64,000 bases of DNA from the human T2T-CHM13v2.0 reference genome, Homo sapiens: the NCBI RefSeq assembly GCF_009914755.1, contig NC_060942.1. One strand, 5' to 3'. The notes under the pieces were generated by a model. That model was not told the DNA's origin. It ran no database searches and worked only from the letters and a program-made list of their open reading frames with translations. The translations under genes were made by a program, and so were the position numbers. This document shows, one piece after another, positions 38,279 to 52,346 of the stretch (the stretch's first letter is position 1; each line of letters starts with the position of its first letter).

Positions 38279-40968
38279 GTATAAGGTTTCTAGTGCTGCT
38301 GTAACAAATGATTACAAATTTGATGGTATAAAATAACAGATATTTGTTTTCTCACAGTTCTGAAGCCCGGAAGTCCACAGTCTCTAGTGAAGCATTTGTT
38401 ACTTGACTTTTTGAGCTTCTGATGGCTCCAGGTCACCCTTGGCTTGCTGCTACCTCACTCTAATCTCTGCCCTTATCTTTACAGGAACTTCTCCTCTTCT
38501 GTGTCTCTTATCATGACACATGTCATTGGATTTAGGACTCACCCAGATAATCCAGGATGATCTTCTCATTTCAAGATCCCTAACTAAATTACATCTACAA
38601 AGTTCCTTTTTCCAAATAAGGTAACATTGACAGGTTCCAGGGACTAAGGTATGGGCTTATCTTGTTGGGGGCTGATATGGTTTGGCTGTGTCCCCACCCA
38701 AATCTAATCTATAATTCACACCTGTTATGGGAGGGACCTGAAGGGAGGTAATTGAATCATGGGGGCAGACCTTTCCTGTTCTGTTCTCATGATAGTGAGT
38801 AAGTTTCATGAGATCTGATGGTTATTACAAAGGGGAGTTTTCCTGTACAAGCTCTTTTTGCTTGCTGCCATCCATGTAAAATGTGACTTGCTCCTCTTTA
38901 CTTTCTGCCATGATTGTGAGGCCTCCCCAGCCACGTGGAACTGTAAGTCCATTAAATTCTTTGTCCTGTATAAATTACCCAGTCTTGGGTATGTTTTTAT
39001 CAGCAGCGTGAAAATGGACTAACACAGTAAATTTGTACCAGAAGTGGGTTGCTGATGAAAAGATACCTGAAAATGTGGAAGTGACTTTGGAACTGGATAA
39101 CAGGCAGAGGCTGGAACAGTTTGGAGGGATCAGAAGACAGGAAAGTGTGGGAAAGTTTAGAGCCTCCTAGAGACTTGTTGAATGGCTTTGACGAAAAGCC
39201 TGATAGTGATATGGATGATAATGTCCAGGCTGAGGTGGCCTCAGATGGAGATGAGGAACTTATTTGCAATTGTAGCAAAGTTGACTCTTTATGTTTTAGA
39301 AAAGAGACTGGAGATATTTTGCCCCTCCCCTAGAGATCTGTGGAACTTTGAACTTGATAGAGATGATTTAGGGTATCTGGCAGAAGAAATTTCTAAGCAG
39401 CAAAACATTCAAGAGGTGACTTGGGTGCTGTTAAAGTCATTCAGTTTTATAAGGGAAGCAGAGCACAAAAGTTTGGAAAATTTGCAGACTGACAATGCGA
39501 CATAAAGGAAAAATTCATTTGCTGAGGAGAAATTCAAGCTGGCTGCAGAAATTTGCATAAGTAACCAGGAGCCAAATGTTAAGCCCCAAGACATGGGGAA
39601 AATGTCTCCAGGGCATATCAGAGGTCTTCACTGCAGCCCCTCCCATCACAGGCCCACAGGCCTAGGAAAAAATGGTTCATAGGCTGGACCTAGTGTCCCT
39701 GTGCTGTGTGCAGTCTAGGGATTTGGTGTCCTATATCCCAGCCACTCCAGCTGTAACTAAAAGTGGTCAAGATACAGCTTGGGCTGTTGCTTCAGAGGGT
39801 GGAAGCCCCAAGTCTTGGCAGCTTCCAAGTGGTGTTGAACCTGCGGGTGCACAGAAGTCAAGAATTGAGGTTTCGGAACCTCTGCCTAGGTTTCAGAAGA
39901 TGAATGGAAACACTTGGCTGCCCAGGCAAAAGATTGCTTCAGGGGCATGGCCCTCATGGAGAACCTCGGCTTGGGCAGTGCAGAAGGGAAAGGTAAAGTT
40001 GGAGCCCCCACACAGAGTCCCTACTGGGGCACCACCTAGTGGAACTGAGAGAAGAGGGCCACCATCCTCCAGACCCCAGAATGGTAGATTCACTGACAGC
40101 TTGCACTGTACACCTGGAAAAGCCACAGACGCTCAAAGCCAGCCCATGAAAGCAGCCAGGAGGGGGACTATGCCCTACAAAGCCACAGAGGTGGAGGTGC
40201 CCAAGACCATGGGAATTCACCTCTTGCATCAATGTGACCTGGATGTGAGACATGGAGTCACAGGAGATCATTTTGGAGCTTTAAGATTTGACTGCCTCGC
40301 TGGATTTTGGACTGGCATGAGGCCTGTAGCCTCTTTGTTTTGGCCATGTCTCCCATTTGCAATGGCTGTATTTATCAAATGCCTCTACCCCCATTGTATC
40401 TAGGAAGTAACTAACTTGCTTTTGATTTTACAGGCTTATAGGCAGAAGAGACTTGCCTTGTCTTGGATGAGACCTTAGACTGTGGGCTTTTGAGTTAATG
40501 CTGAAATGAGTTAAGACTTTGGGGGACTGTTGGGAAGGCATGATTGGTTTTGAAATGTGAGGACATGAGGTTTGGGAGGTGCCAGGGAAAAATGATATGG
40601 TTTGGTTGTGTCCCCACCCAAATCACATCTTGAATTTCCATGTGTTGTGGGAAGGACCCAGTGGGAGGTAATTGAATCATGGGTGCAGGTCTTCCCCAGG
40701 CAGTTTTCATGATAGTAAGTCTTAAGAGGTCTGATGGTTATAATGAGGAGGAGTTTTCCTGCACAAGCTCTCTTTGCCTGATGCCATCCATGTAAGATGT
40801 GACTTGCTCCTGCTTACCTTCTGCTATGATTTGTGAGGCCTCCCTAGCCACATGGAACTGTAGATCCATGAAACCCTTTTTTCCTGTAAAAATTACCCAT
40901 TCTTGGGTACGTCTTTATATCAGCAGCATGAAAATGAACTAATACAGAGGCACCGTTCAATTCACTGT
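38279..40968 (-). mobile_element. MLT1B/C LTR split by the THE1 provirus (pieces 38279-38672 and ~40947-40968)
   Basis: gctgctgtaacaaat..ctcacagttctg..gtcattggatttagg..ataatccaggatgatc..tccaaataaggtaacatt; resumes after THE1 as accgttcaattcactgta. Confidence 0.85.
38673..40946 (+). mobile_element. Full-length THE1 (B/C-like) MaLR provirus: 5' LTR 38673-39026, internal 39027-40592, 3' LTR 40593-40946
   Basis: Both LTRs start tgatatggtttgg.tgtgtccccacccaaatc and end actaa(c/t)aca; ~1.57 kb THE1-int; 5 bp TSD ggggc/gaggc. Confidence 0.96.
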
Positions 40969-41089
40969 AAGACTGAAAGATTTAAATGTATGTATAAATG
41001 CTAACCTCTTTTATTATTTTTCTCTACTATCTAATAGGGTTACTGATGTGGAAAAGGCATCAGAAGTTTTCTTGACACAGAGGAGAGTG

Positions 41090-41410
41090 ACAGGGAGAAT
41101 ACTTAAAACCATAATGTAAATGATGAAGAAAATGAGTTTGTTTACCTTGGAGAGAAAAAAAAAATCAAGGGGGGGTGGGTGGTTACAACAGATCTCTTTA
41201 TATATTTTAAAGGATGGCCTCTGAAAGGCAAAACTAATTTCTATGTAATTCCTGAGGGGTAGATTTAAAATTGATGATCAGAAGTTACCACAAGATAGCT
41301 TGTAGGTTCAATTAAAGACAAATTTTCCTAAAATAACTGTCCATAGCTAGAGAGGATTATCTCAAAATGTAGTAACTTGCCTGTTACTGAAGGTATCCAT
41401 ACATAGTTAG
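41090..41410 (+). mobile_element. L3/CR1 3' fragment
   Basis: ttgtttaccttggagag..ttcaattaaagacaaattttcctaa..gtagtaacttgcctgttactgaaggtat. Confidence 0.55.
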
Positions 41411-41606
41411 GTATAGACGTTGTGAAGCTAATTAGAACCTCTAAATAATTTATAAACTGATTCATCAAGGATTTTAAAATCAGAGTGCAATTTAGAGTCA
41501 CTTGGAAATATTTTTAAACTGCTACATGTTTTCTAGGTAAAGGTCTGAGCACGCATAGTTAATAAGCTCCCCCTGGTGATTCCCTTTAGTATCTGTTTGT
41601 TTTGAT

Positions 41607-41796
41607 TGGTGGATTCCAAAGTGTGATTACAAACCAGCAGTATCAGCATTACCTGACAACTTGCTAGAAATGTACATTCTTCATTCCCACCTCAGACCTA
41701 CTGAGTCAGAATCTCAGGGGTGGTGGTCCACTGAATCTTTGTTTCAATCACCTCTTCCAGCAACTGTGATGCACACTAAGGTTTGAGGATCACTGG
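41607..41796. mobile_element. MER5A hAT-Charlie MITE (further MER5-like piece at ~41460-41590)
   Basis: ccagcagtatcagcattacctg..ttgctagaaatg..cctcagacctactgagtcagaatc..tgatgcacactaaggtttgaggatcactg. Confidence 0.85.
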
Positions 41797-42549
41797 TTTA
41801 GATCACTATTCGAGTTCCTTTCAACCCTAAGATGTTGATTCTAAGAGATGGAAGAAAAGAACAAAATATTCAATCAACAAGAAATCTAAAATAGAATCGA
41901 AAATGTGAACAGGGAGTTGTGGCAGGATTGCCAGGAAATTCCGCAGAGGCCATATTGTTCTGTGCATTGTTCCTCTAAGCCCGGATAATCATGCTCAATG
42001 ATGTATATTTGCTTTAAGAGGATTCTTCATGTGGAAAAGGTTCCTGAAAGGTTTAAAGACCGTGAATGATCCCAAACTCATCATTGTGTCATGGGAGCAG
42101 GGGCCACTAAGAATGCAACTAAAGAAGGAAAATAAGAAGCAAATGCTTGGCAATTTGATGTAGATAAGATGCGGTTGTTCAAGCCAGAGCTAACTACCCA
42201 GTTTTAAAGAAAGAATATTTAGTTATAGGCCAATGTATGTTATTATCACTGGAGCAATGAATTCTTAAAATTGAACTTAAGTATATCAATAAAGAAAAGA
42301 AAAGCAAGAACACAGATTTAGGAACTCAGATCCCAGAAAAACAGCAGGTGCAATCATAATTCTCTCTTAAGAAAATATTCTGAAATAGATGCAGTATGTA
42401 TATCATGTAGAAGAATATGCTTGCTATTATTGCAATATAGCAATATTTTTTATAGAATATGTAGAATAATATGTGTGCTTTGAATGTAGGAAGCGTTGCA
42501 ACTGGTAAACCAGCCCATATTTATTAAATAGATTTCAGCTGGGCCACAT

Positions 42550-43010
42550 ATTTCTTAAAGATATTTTGTTTGCAAGGGATGAGAACATCAAAATCTCAAA
42601 CCAATTTTTTTCAAAAAGAAAACAAAACTATTCATTGAGTGACACATTGAGCAATACAGAGTTCTTTGAATTTCAAGAAAAGCTTAATCTAGCAGCTAAT
42701 TGATGATATATCCTAGAAACAATTTTCCTTTTGGTTTCTCTGCTGTGATATTCAAGGTCCTGACTTCAGGTCAGAGCTGGCTCTCCTTGTGGTTTCATCA
42801 GAGCTCTTTTTAGCAAACCTAGCTACATTTTTTTCTTGTTTGTGTTAAGGAAAAAAGGACTTTTCTTTTCCTTACCCATCTTGGACTTTTTTCCAATTGG
42901 ATCGTCTTAGATCAAGTGCCTATCCTTGAACTGATTACTATGGCAAGGAGCTTGGGATTGGCTTAGGTCAATTAAGGCCAATGCTTGGAGCAGGGAACTA
43001 CTCCAACCAG
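42550..43010 (-). mobile_element. Ancient MLT1-type LTR remnant
   Basis: ttagatcaagtgcctatccttgaactgattactatggcaagg..gattggcttagg motif. Confidence 0.45.
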
Positions 43011-44749
43011 AGTCAAACACCTCTTTGGAAGGAGAAGGAAGGTGTGGAAGCTGGGGATGCAGCGAGTGATGGAAAAAAAATAGGTCAGGTGAGAACTTGA
43101 TAAATGTTTGTTTGGAATTTTCCCTTGAGATATACTAATAAAAAGTATTTAATTCATATAAATGCAAAGTTGTACATGATACTTCTATCTATAACATCTT
43201 GTTATTCATTCTTATTTTTATTTTTTACCTTCAAAATAAAAATTCAAGAAACAAGCAGAGAAAGGCATAGGTAAAAGAAAAGAATAGGAAAGCCATATTA
43301 TAATTTATCAAAAAGAGTATTCTCAGGACATATCTTTTAAACACAGACATCACAGTGAATGTGTATGTGTAAATGGTCCCAAGATAATATAGTTTCTTTA
43401 CATTAAAAAAAAAGGATGGCAAGTTCAGAGAATGCAGAGTAGAAGGGCAGGGGATGAACCAGCATGTTCAGACTCCATGCCTGTGCAAACCTAAGCCAAA
43501 CACATAATCTTTCTGAGTCCTTAATTCACCTGTTTATTTAAAATATGAATTTATGAAAGTACAACCATCCTCTCTTCTTCCTCACCAACTGAGCATGTAT
43601 GTTCCTTGTTTCAAGTGTACCTAAAGAAAACTTGTTAGGCCACTTTAGGAACTGAAACCTACTGGTCAGTGCTTGACAACCAGAAAGCGTATGTTGAGGG
43701 CCAGAGAGTTTTGAATAACAAAGGAAAATTATTGGATCAGCCTCAGGGTAGTGACATTCAGTACAAGAAATTTTTTATGAATCCACTTTTTTAGCCCTGG
43801 TAGATAGGTTCTCGGGAAAGACTATCACCCATCATGTATTACCAACCATGTAATTAGCCAGGCAAGCAAATAAATTGAACTTCTTTAGGAAGGTAGTCTT
43901 TACATATGTGTTTACCTTTTATTTGTAGCAGAAGTTGACTGGTGCACAAGACAGGGCAGAAAAGGGGACTCCCAGCGCAGGCCTGAACTCTGGCCTCCAT
44001 CAGCCGAATGAGCTCCTGCAATTAGCCACAGCCACACACTTTGGAAGGCAGTCTAGCCACCTGTTAAGTTTGGGCACATACTCCACAAGGGCTTCCCTTT
44101 TGTCTGTACACTCTTAGGATGCCTATCAAAATATCTTTTGAAATCCCATTCAGTCTTCTTCTTGGTAAATATAATTTTCCCCTTTGGTTACATTTATAGT
44201 GGTGATTTAGGGCCCTGTAGATAGACACCTGGGGCAAATAGCCCAAAGGCTGACTCCATCATCTTCTGCAGTTGGCAGTTTACACTGTGCCTGCCTTGGC
44301 TTCTTGCCTTGGCTCTGAAGCACAATCCTACTAACATGAGCATGATTTATAGGGGATCTCTCCTTAATAGGAGGGAGAATGCAATGTAATTGAGAGGACC
44401 CCGGACTGAGGGTCAGAGGATGTCGATTTGCTCCCAACCCTGGGGCAAATTAGCTTTGTGGCTGTTAAATCAGCTACGGCATCTACTCTTAGCCTCAGTT
44501 TCCTTATCTGTAAGGTGAGGGGGCTGGATGAGGGTTTAAGTCATCCGTGAGCTCTAGTTTACATCTTCCCATTGATGCAGCCTTTGCATATGCACCATGA
44601 CTCCCATTGCACCGCTTGGTTACTACTTACCTATCCAAAGAAATAGAGAAGGAGAGGCTATGAATGCTTCTCACTCCCTAACTCACAGATAGTTTATAAA
44701 AATAAATGGTATACTGTTAAAAGCATATATGCTGTGAGTTAAGACAATG

Positions 44750-44885
44750 CGTGTTTAGCGTGTATGTGTATATACAGTACATTATATATGTCTATATATA
44801 AAGTATATATTTTTATAACATATATATGTTATATTATATATTTATATATGTATATGTTATATAATATGTAATTCTCATGTATAAA
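44750..44885. repeat. (TA)n-rich low-complexity tract
   Basis: Directly visible. Confidence 0.8.
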
Positions 44886-46344
44886 TCTTCCTGATTATCT
44901 TTGTGATTTCTATTTGTGGATATAAGCCTAAAACAGCACTTCCATATTTGCAGCTGTGGTAAGTCCTTTGGCAGCAGAGGCTGAATATTTTGGGTTCAGT
45001 ATCTAGAACAAGGACACTGATAGGATAGCAACAACTACCAGTCAATCTTGGTTTCTAAGGGAAAGCATTTATATACAAATGACTTTTAAACCATCCATTG
45101 TTTCTACAGAGAATTTTGAGGCGTTATGAATTTACCTTTATATACACTATAATGAATACTCCATAAAGGCAGGAATTATTATCCGTTCTATTGCCTATTC
45201 TGTCCTCATCCCCTAAAACAGTGCTTGGCACTTAGAAGAAGTTCCATGAATATTGCTGAAAGAATATAATTCAGATTAGAGAAGAGGGAAGTAAGTAGTG
45301 TAGGCATATGAATAAACTTCGACCCCACACTCCCCGTTTAGCTCAAGAGTAACCAGGTTGAAGCTTCCCTAACATGCCAGTTTCTACCATCTTCAATCAA
45401 GGGAACTCTGTTCTCCAGGGTCTGACATTTGTCTCCTGATCATCCACTTCCTCCCTGATGGGCTGCTGTGTGCTGTCCTCCCCTTCTGCTGAATGATGTC
45501 CTTTCTCTTAATGCAGATGTAGCAGAGATTTCCTCCATCACAAGGTGTCTACTTAGCTGAGTGAGGTATTGCAAGCTCAATCTGATGATCAAAATTTGAG
45601 AGCTCCATCCTCTTCATACTGCACAGATACTGTTGAAAGGAGAAATTAGAATACTGGCCAAGTTCTTCATTCTTTACAAAATCTATCCAGTTTTTTGTTT
45701 GGGTATTTTAATTTTTGGTATAGTTTTTCAGAACTATAATGAATTCTCTTAAAGATATTTAGGGATACTTTAACTGTGTGTTTTCCTCCTAAGTTGAATT
45801 TCAAGTTTCTAATTATGAACATGGCTTATAATAACCTGCATCTACATCATATACATTTTTTTCAGCACCTGATTGTATGCCAGCCCTTATAGTGTATGCC
45901 TCCCTCTGTTTTGTTTACTTGGGTAATGCTGATGGGCTATGTCTATCTTAGAGGGATAGGAAAGAGGATAGAAACTTCTGATCGACTTTTGGATATGAAA
46001 AGTCAGACAATCTCCACAGCCCCAGCAGCTTGGGGTGTACCCCGGTATGTGTGGCTCCTACATGATTTCTATCCCCGAGAGCCCTTCACGGGCAGACTGC
46101 TCCAGGACCTCGTGTGACTCCTACCCCAAGTCACGTGTGCTGCCCACCAGGCTCTGCTGGTGGGTCTTAGGAGCAGTGGGGTTCATCAGGACTGGATTCT
46201 GGTGGAATTTCAGCTCTGTGGTTTCTCTACCTAATGTCCCAGGCTTCCTGTGATATTTGAGTCCTCTTCTGAATCATATCCGAAGGCTGGATTCTTCAGA
46301 AGGTCTCCCTGTGCCATCCAGCACTTCTTCCTTCAAGTGGGTTC

Positions 46345-46570
46345 TGGAGTCAGGTGCTGTAGTATGAGTCAGGGCCTTGAAGCCACATCCACAGGGACTG
46401 AACTCTGCTTAGCTGTTTTCTCCTGAGGGATTTGGTGAGTTACTCAGGGTCTCTGTGCCTTAGTTTCTTCATTTGTAAAATGGTGTGCTCATAGTACCTC
46501 CCTCATAAGTGTGTTATGAGGGCAAAATAAAACTATAAGGCGCATGTAGGTCTTTTATAAATGTTATTAA
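46345..46570 (+). mobile_element. MIR
   Basis: tgagttactcagggtctctgtgccttagtttcttcatttgtaaaatgg..atagtacctccctcata. Confidence 0.8.
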
Positions 46571-47198
46571 TAAACTAGTTCAAAAAGAAAGAAGGACCAC
46601 CTTGCCCAATGCTTACAGTAGAAGGAATGTACGCCTGATCCTTGAGGAACGTGAGCTGGTTAAAGGATAATAAATGGTATACTATTTGCTGGAGAGAAAG
46701 GCCCCCAAACTGCACCTGCTCATCTACTACTTACTGAGATTGGAATTAACATTCTGCTTAATAGAGAATCTCTGGAAGTTCATGGGAGAACAATTTTTTA
46801 AACAAAATATAATAAAATTAATTTAAACAATTAAAATCTCCTGAGCACGATTTAAATCTCTGATGGCTCTGCAGTCACTATATGATGCCCAAGTTACTTC
46901 AGGGTCATTATTATGAACATTCTTACCACACACCTTTTTACATGACATATGCTCAATAAGTGTTTGTTGGTAGAATGGATAGATGCGAATGGACATCAAT
47001 AACCATTGTATTATTGGAGATGGATAAAGTGCTAGCAAAGAGAATGTCAGATATTTCACTGCCTGGAATATTATCATGAAAAGCTCTTTGATTTCAAAGA
47101 ACATCTTTTCTTTAGAGATGGTGAAGTGGTTTGCTTGGCATCACACAGCTAAGGCATAGCAGGGCAAGGATATGCACCTAACATGTGAAGCTGCAAAG

Positions 47199-47760
<562 letters not shown>

Positions 47761-47999
47761 TACTGCAAAGCCCATTTGCCCTCCCACACACCATGTCTGT
47801 TCAGCCTCCCTCAGTGACCCAATATAGTCTAAGATGTTTTCAGGTAAAACGAACAGCTAGTTCTCTGGTATTCCATGCGTCCTTCACTCCCCATGACTGG
47901 GAAAAATACAATCTTTGCTGCACTCTTCTCTTGTCTCACTCTTTCTTATACAACTCTTCAATTTTCTTAAAATTCTTTGATCCTTCTCTCAATTTCTAG

Positions 48000-48330
48000 T
48001 CCTACAAGTTTAATTGTCATCAGAATGACTCACTGTCACCTCAAACTCATCTCATTTGTAAACCAAATTCATCTTTCCTACAACTCGTGTACCTTCCTGC
48101 TCTGAATTCCCTATTTTTAAAATGCAATAACCTATTTCCCAAATATCAGACTTGCCAAACCACAAAATGACTGCAATCTTTCCCCACCCCCTGTCACTAG
48201 AGCCACATACAATCAATTGCTTGGTGGTGGTGGTTTGTTTTTCAGAACATTTCCAAGCCCTTCCTTTAAATTGCCTAGGATCCAAGTCTTGAGGAGGCTC
48301 ACATCACCTCATTTTCAGACCAATGTTATT
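48000..48330 (+). mobile_element. L2 fragment
   Basis: cacctcaaactca..aaaccaaattcatctttcc..ttccctattt. Confidence 0.55.
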
Positions 48331-48419
48331 GTTTCCATTGGTTCCAACTCTCCCTCCTCCAGGCAATTCCGTCAAGCACATGCCCAGGTTAATGTCTATA
48401 AAATACAACATTTTCTAAC

Positions 48420-49300
48420 AAGATAAAGACAAATAGCCCAACAGAAAATGAAAACATTTATGAACAAGTAATTGGCAGTAGAGAAATTATAAATGACTGA
48501 AAAACACATGAAAACTGCTCAAATTCACTAATGGCTCAAGGAAATGCAAATTAATAATGAAATATCACTTTATGATCAGCACACTGAAAAAGAAATGAAC
48601 AATAATAGCTAATGCTGAGAAGGATGGAGGAAAAAGAGTACTGTCACATTTCTGTATCACACAGAAATGTGAATTGATAGTCTTTGAAAACAATGTAGCA
48701 TAAACTATCAAAATTATTTTTGACACATAGGAACAATACCACTCCTAGGCATCTATGTCATAAAAAGAAATCCACTGACACTTAAACACATACACACATG
48801 GTCATTTGCTGCAGAGGGCTTTTAAATAGAAAACAAAAAAAAAATCCTTGAGGAAATAATGAGTTCTAAGAAATAAGAAAATGATTGAATAATCACCGTA
48901 GAATATTACAGAGTTGTTGGAAGAATACGTCAGTGCTTTAGCAGTATAGGAGTTGGTTAAGGTAAGAGGGATTTCTATGAGTGAGAAACGATGCAGAAAT
49001 ATTTGTATACATGATTCCATTTTATAATAGTGACCCAACTCATTTATTAGAAATGAGGAGGTTTGTTGCCATACAATGTATAAATATCTATGTGACACAC
49101 ACACACACACACACACACTTTCATGAAAATGAAAAACACAGAAGGATGCATCTTACAAAGTGGTTAACGTGAATCTCCTTGGGGGGAAGTGATGAGAGAT
49201 CGCGTATGAATTAATATGGGCAAGAGCAGTGGCAAAACACTAGTTTTATATCTTCTGCTGTGACTTTTAACAGTCATCCTTTGCCTATAAAATAATAATA
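48420..49300 (+). mobile_element. L1ME 3' part with a (CA)n tract at ~49095-49118
   Basis: acacatgaaaactgctcaaattcactaa..ggaaatgcaaatt; caataccactcctaggcatctat. Confidence 0.7.
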
Positions 49301-49984
49301 CATATTTAACTCCCACTTGCTGGCCTTGGTCTATTTTCCTGGGCTTGTGTAACACTGTTTCCTATTACAACTTTCCATCCCAATAAAAATGATCTTTCTA
49401 CCAATCTCTATCTTGGATTCCCTCCTGCTTACCCCCTGTACCTAACCTTCATACTCACTCAGATAATTGATCTCCCTCTTTTTAGTTATTCCTTTAAGGA
49501 ATCCCTCACATTTCATTTGCCTTATGATGTTTCCTATTCTCTCTGGCCTTCCTTTTTATATTTTCTCTGTAATAGTGGTAGATCAGTTTTCACAGTGACC
49601 ATTCATTCAATGTCTGCCTGATCATTCCACCAGCTCACCTGTGCAGAGTATTCCTTTGACCATTGAGACTAATGGACTTGCCCCAGATACATCAGAGTGT
49701 GGTGGGTGAAATAGTTTGCTCTGTTTTTCCTACTCAGATTTAAATCCAGTTTTCTGAGCCCTAATTCTGTGTTATTTTCATTAAACAATGCTTGCTGTAT
49801 CTTATTCTTTTGTATGTGAAATACCTGAAAGACTGCCCTATGCTGCCTGTCTGAGACTAGTATTACCTTTTCTCGAGACCTCACTTCCAATCTGGTTTCC
49901 TGGACTCCTAGCCTTTCTTTTCCTCATCTGTGTAATGGGGGTGTTACTATAGCTCCTTTGAATTATGATATAGAAGGGGTTAGA

Positions 49985-50280
49985 TATGCATTAATGTGTC
50001 ACTTAACAACCAAGATATACTTTGAGAAATGCATCAATAGGTGACTTCATAGTTGTGTGAACATCATAGAGTGTACTGACACAAACCTAGATGGTATAGC
50101 TTATTATACACCTAGGCTATATGATATTGCTCCGAGGCTAGAAATCTACACTGTATGTCACCATATTGAATACTGTATACCATGGTAAATAGTTGTGTAT
50201 CTAAACATTTTAAACATAGAAAAGGTATGGTAAAAATGGTATTATAATCTTATGGGGCCAATTTGCAGCGTATGACAGTA
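49985..50280 (-). mobile_element. Tigger3a/MER7A MITE
   Basis: tgagaaatgcatc..gtgtgaacatcatagagtgtact.acacaaacctagatggtatagc..ataatcttatggg; TA-flanked end. Confidence 0.88.
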
Positions 50281-50434
50281 TGTCATTGTCATAAGTGACA
50301 GCCTGCTGCCTGCTAGGCACCATGCTCAGCATATTATACACAACAACCATGCAAGCAGTGTTTTATGATTATCTCTTTACAGATGGTGTTGACAAGTTAG
50401 GCAAATTTCTCTGGGTCAGGAGGAGGTTGGTGGC

Positions 50435-50781
50435 TGCAATGGAGTGACACTTGTATTCCCCAAAATTCATATCTTGAAACCTCATCCCAGTGTGATGGTA
50501 TTTAGAAGTGCGACTGGTGGGAGGTAATTATGAGGGTTGTGAGGGTGGAGCCCCCATGAATAGTTTACTGCCCTTCTAAGAATAGGCCATAAAGCTAGCT
50601 AGCTTTCTTTATGCATCATGTAAGGATGCAAGAAGTTGGTAGTCTGCAATCCAGAAGAGGACTCTCGCCAGAACTCAATCATGCTAGTTGCAGACTGTTC
50701 CTGCTCATGAACTTCCAGGCTCCAGCACTGTGAGAAATACATTTCTGTTGTTTATAAAAGAAGCCCAAACCAACTAAGACA
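50435..50781 (+). mobile_element. MLT1A-type solo LTR inserted in a minus-strand MIR
   Basis: TG...actaagaca termini; perfect 5 bp TSD gtggc at 50430-50434 and 50782-50786. Confidence 0.88.
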
Positions 50782-52332
50782 GTGGCAAAGCCAGGACTCT
50801 CAGCTTCCAAAACCTTCATTTCTTTTTATGACCCTCTGCAGGGCAAAGCTAGCTTCAGCCTTAAAGTTAGGGTCTAGAATATGGTACCACAGCAGGCTAC
50901 CATGTGAGGAAGAGCCAAATCCAAGCAGAAGGAGCACAGGACTCTTGGCAAACATAGTCAAGTTTGGCCGGAGTCCATGCAAGGGCAAGGATGAGAACCA
51001 GGAGCCAGAGAATTATTATAAGAGATCTTCCTTTTGACCTACAGGTAGTGTCTCCTGCAATCAGCTCAAGGCTCTTTTGAAAATCCTTGTGTGCATTTAC
51101 CTTGTATGTATTTACCTCCTGTCTCTAACCTTCCTTTATGCCCGAGTCTTGACACAATCAAATCTCCAGTGCCTTTCTGGATGTTCCTTATCTGGTCCCT
51201 CCCCAAGTCTAGTTGCTGCTCAGAGTTAGAGCAAACGCATCCTGGAAACCATTTATCAGTTCATGTCTCTGGTGCTTCCAGCATATGCATACTGCCTGCT
51301 CATTTTTCAGGCAAATACGCATAAAATAAGGTCCCCATTCAAAAGGGGTACATTTTAACCTATTTGGAGTGCGTGTCTGATGTTGACTTTCCTGGGAATT
51401 TCGGAGAGAAAAACCTGCAGCTGGTTGGCCCAGGTTTTGTTTCACTTTCCCAGTAGGTACAGTCTCTCTGAGCTGCGGTATTCACACATGCCCAGCGTGT
51501 TGCCAGCAGGGATCAAAGACAGAGTCAAAAGAGGCAGAAATAGCAAAAATCCTGTTCCGACGCCTTTGCAGCTTGCAGACATTCAGCATTTCATCTCCAT
51601 GAATTTCCCAGAGTGCATTCAGGAGTTGTGTGCGTTTAAATTTTGACCCTTAGCCGCCCATCGTCTCATTCCCTTTTGGAGTATTCAGAAATTCACACTA
51701 TTAGCCAAAGGGGACACGTGGGGTAAAAGGAAGGAAGACAATCAACTCTCTAACCTGGCCAAATTGTTTTGAATAATTTCTGACTCAAAATTTCCTTATC
51801 TTTGCCCTTTTGCTCTTCCCCATCTTCCCCAATCCCTTTAGCAATTCCTGCTTCCATTCTGGCCTGATGGGGTCAAAATATCACACAATCAATGATTCTA
51901 ACTTGAGTCTTATTTATTTTTTCTTGATATATTAAAGAAGTTGGCATATCAGGAAAGTAGATTATGTGGTCCTCATTTGAACTTCCCGAGGTCCCTGCAA
52001 CCCTAACTTAAGGTTCACCCAGTTGGATGTTAATACTTTGAGTTTGTCATTTAAGGAACTGTACAATAAACATCAATACAATTCTGGCTCTTGTTTCATT
52101 TGAGCTATTCAGCCCTCTAGGGCTAGCAAATCTGAAAATCTGAGCATCACCGATTACTGAACTTTAAAGAAGAAACGAAGTTATGGATTAAGGAAGTCTG
52201 AGTTTCAAAAACTGCTTCTAACTTAAAGTAAACAGTAAGGCTTCTCATCAGCATTTCCTGAGCTATCCTGGTTAGAAGTTGGCCCCATTGGAAGTCAGTC
52301 TACAGCCTGTCTCTATTCTTCCAGAATTACAG

Positions 52333-52346
52333 GTTGCCATGGTTAC
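52333..52346. promoter_or_regulatory. RFX X-box-like palindrome GTTGCCATGGTTAC
   Basis: 13/14 match to the GTTRCCATGGYAAC consensus; motif only, no functional evidence. Confidence 0.4.

Noticed and set aside
39672-40403. 243 aa ORF as a novel protein-coding gene
   Set aside because: Lies wholly inside THE1-int, where residual open frames are expected; no independent coding evidence
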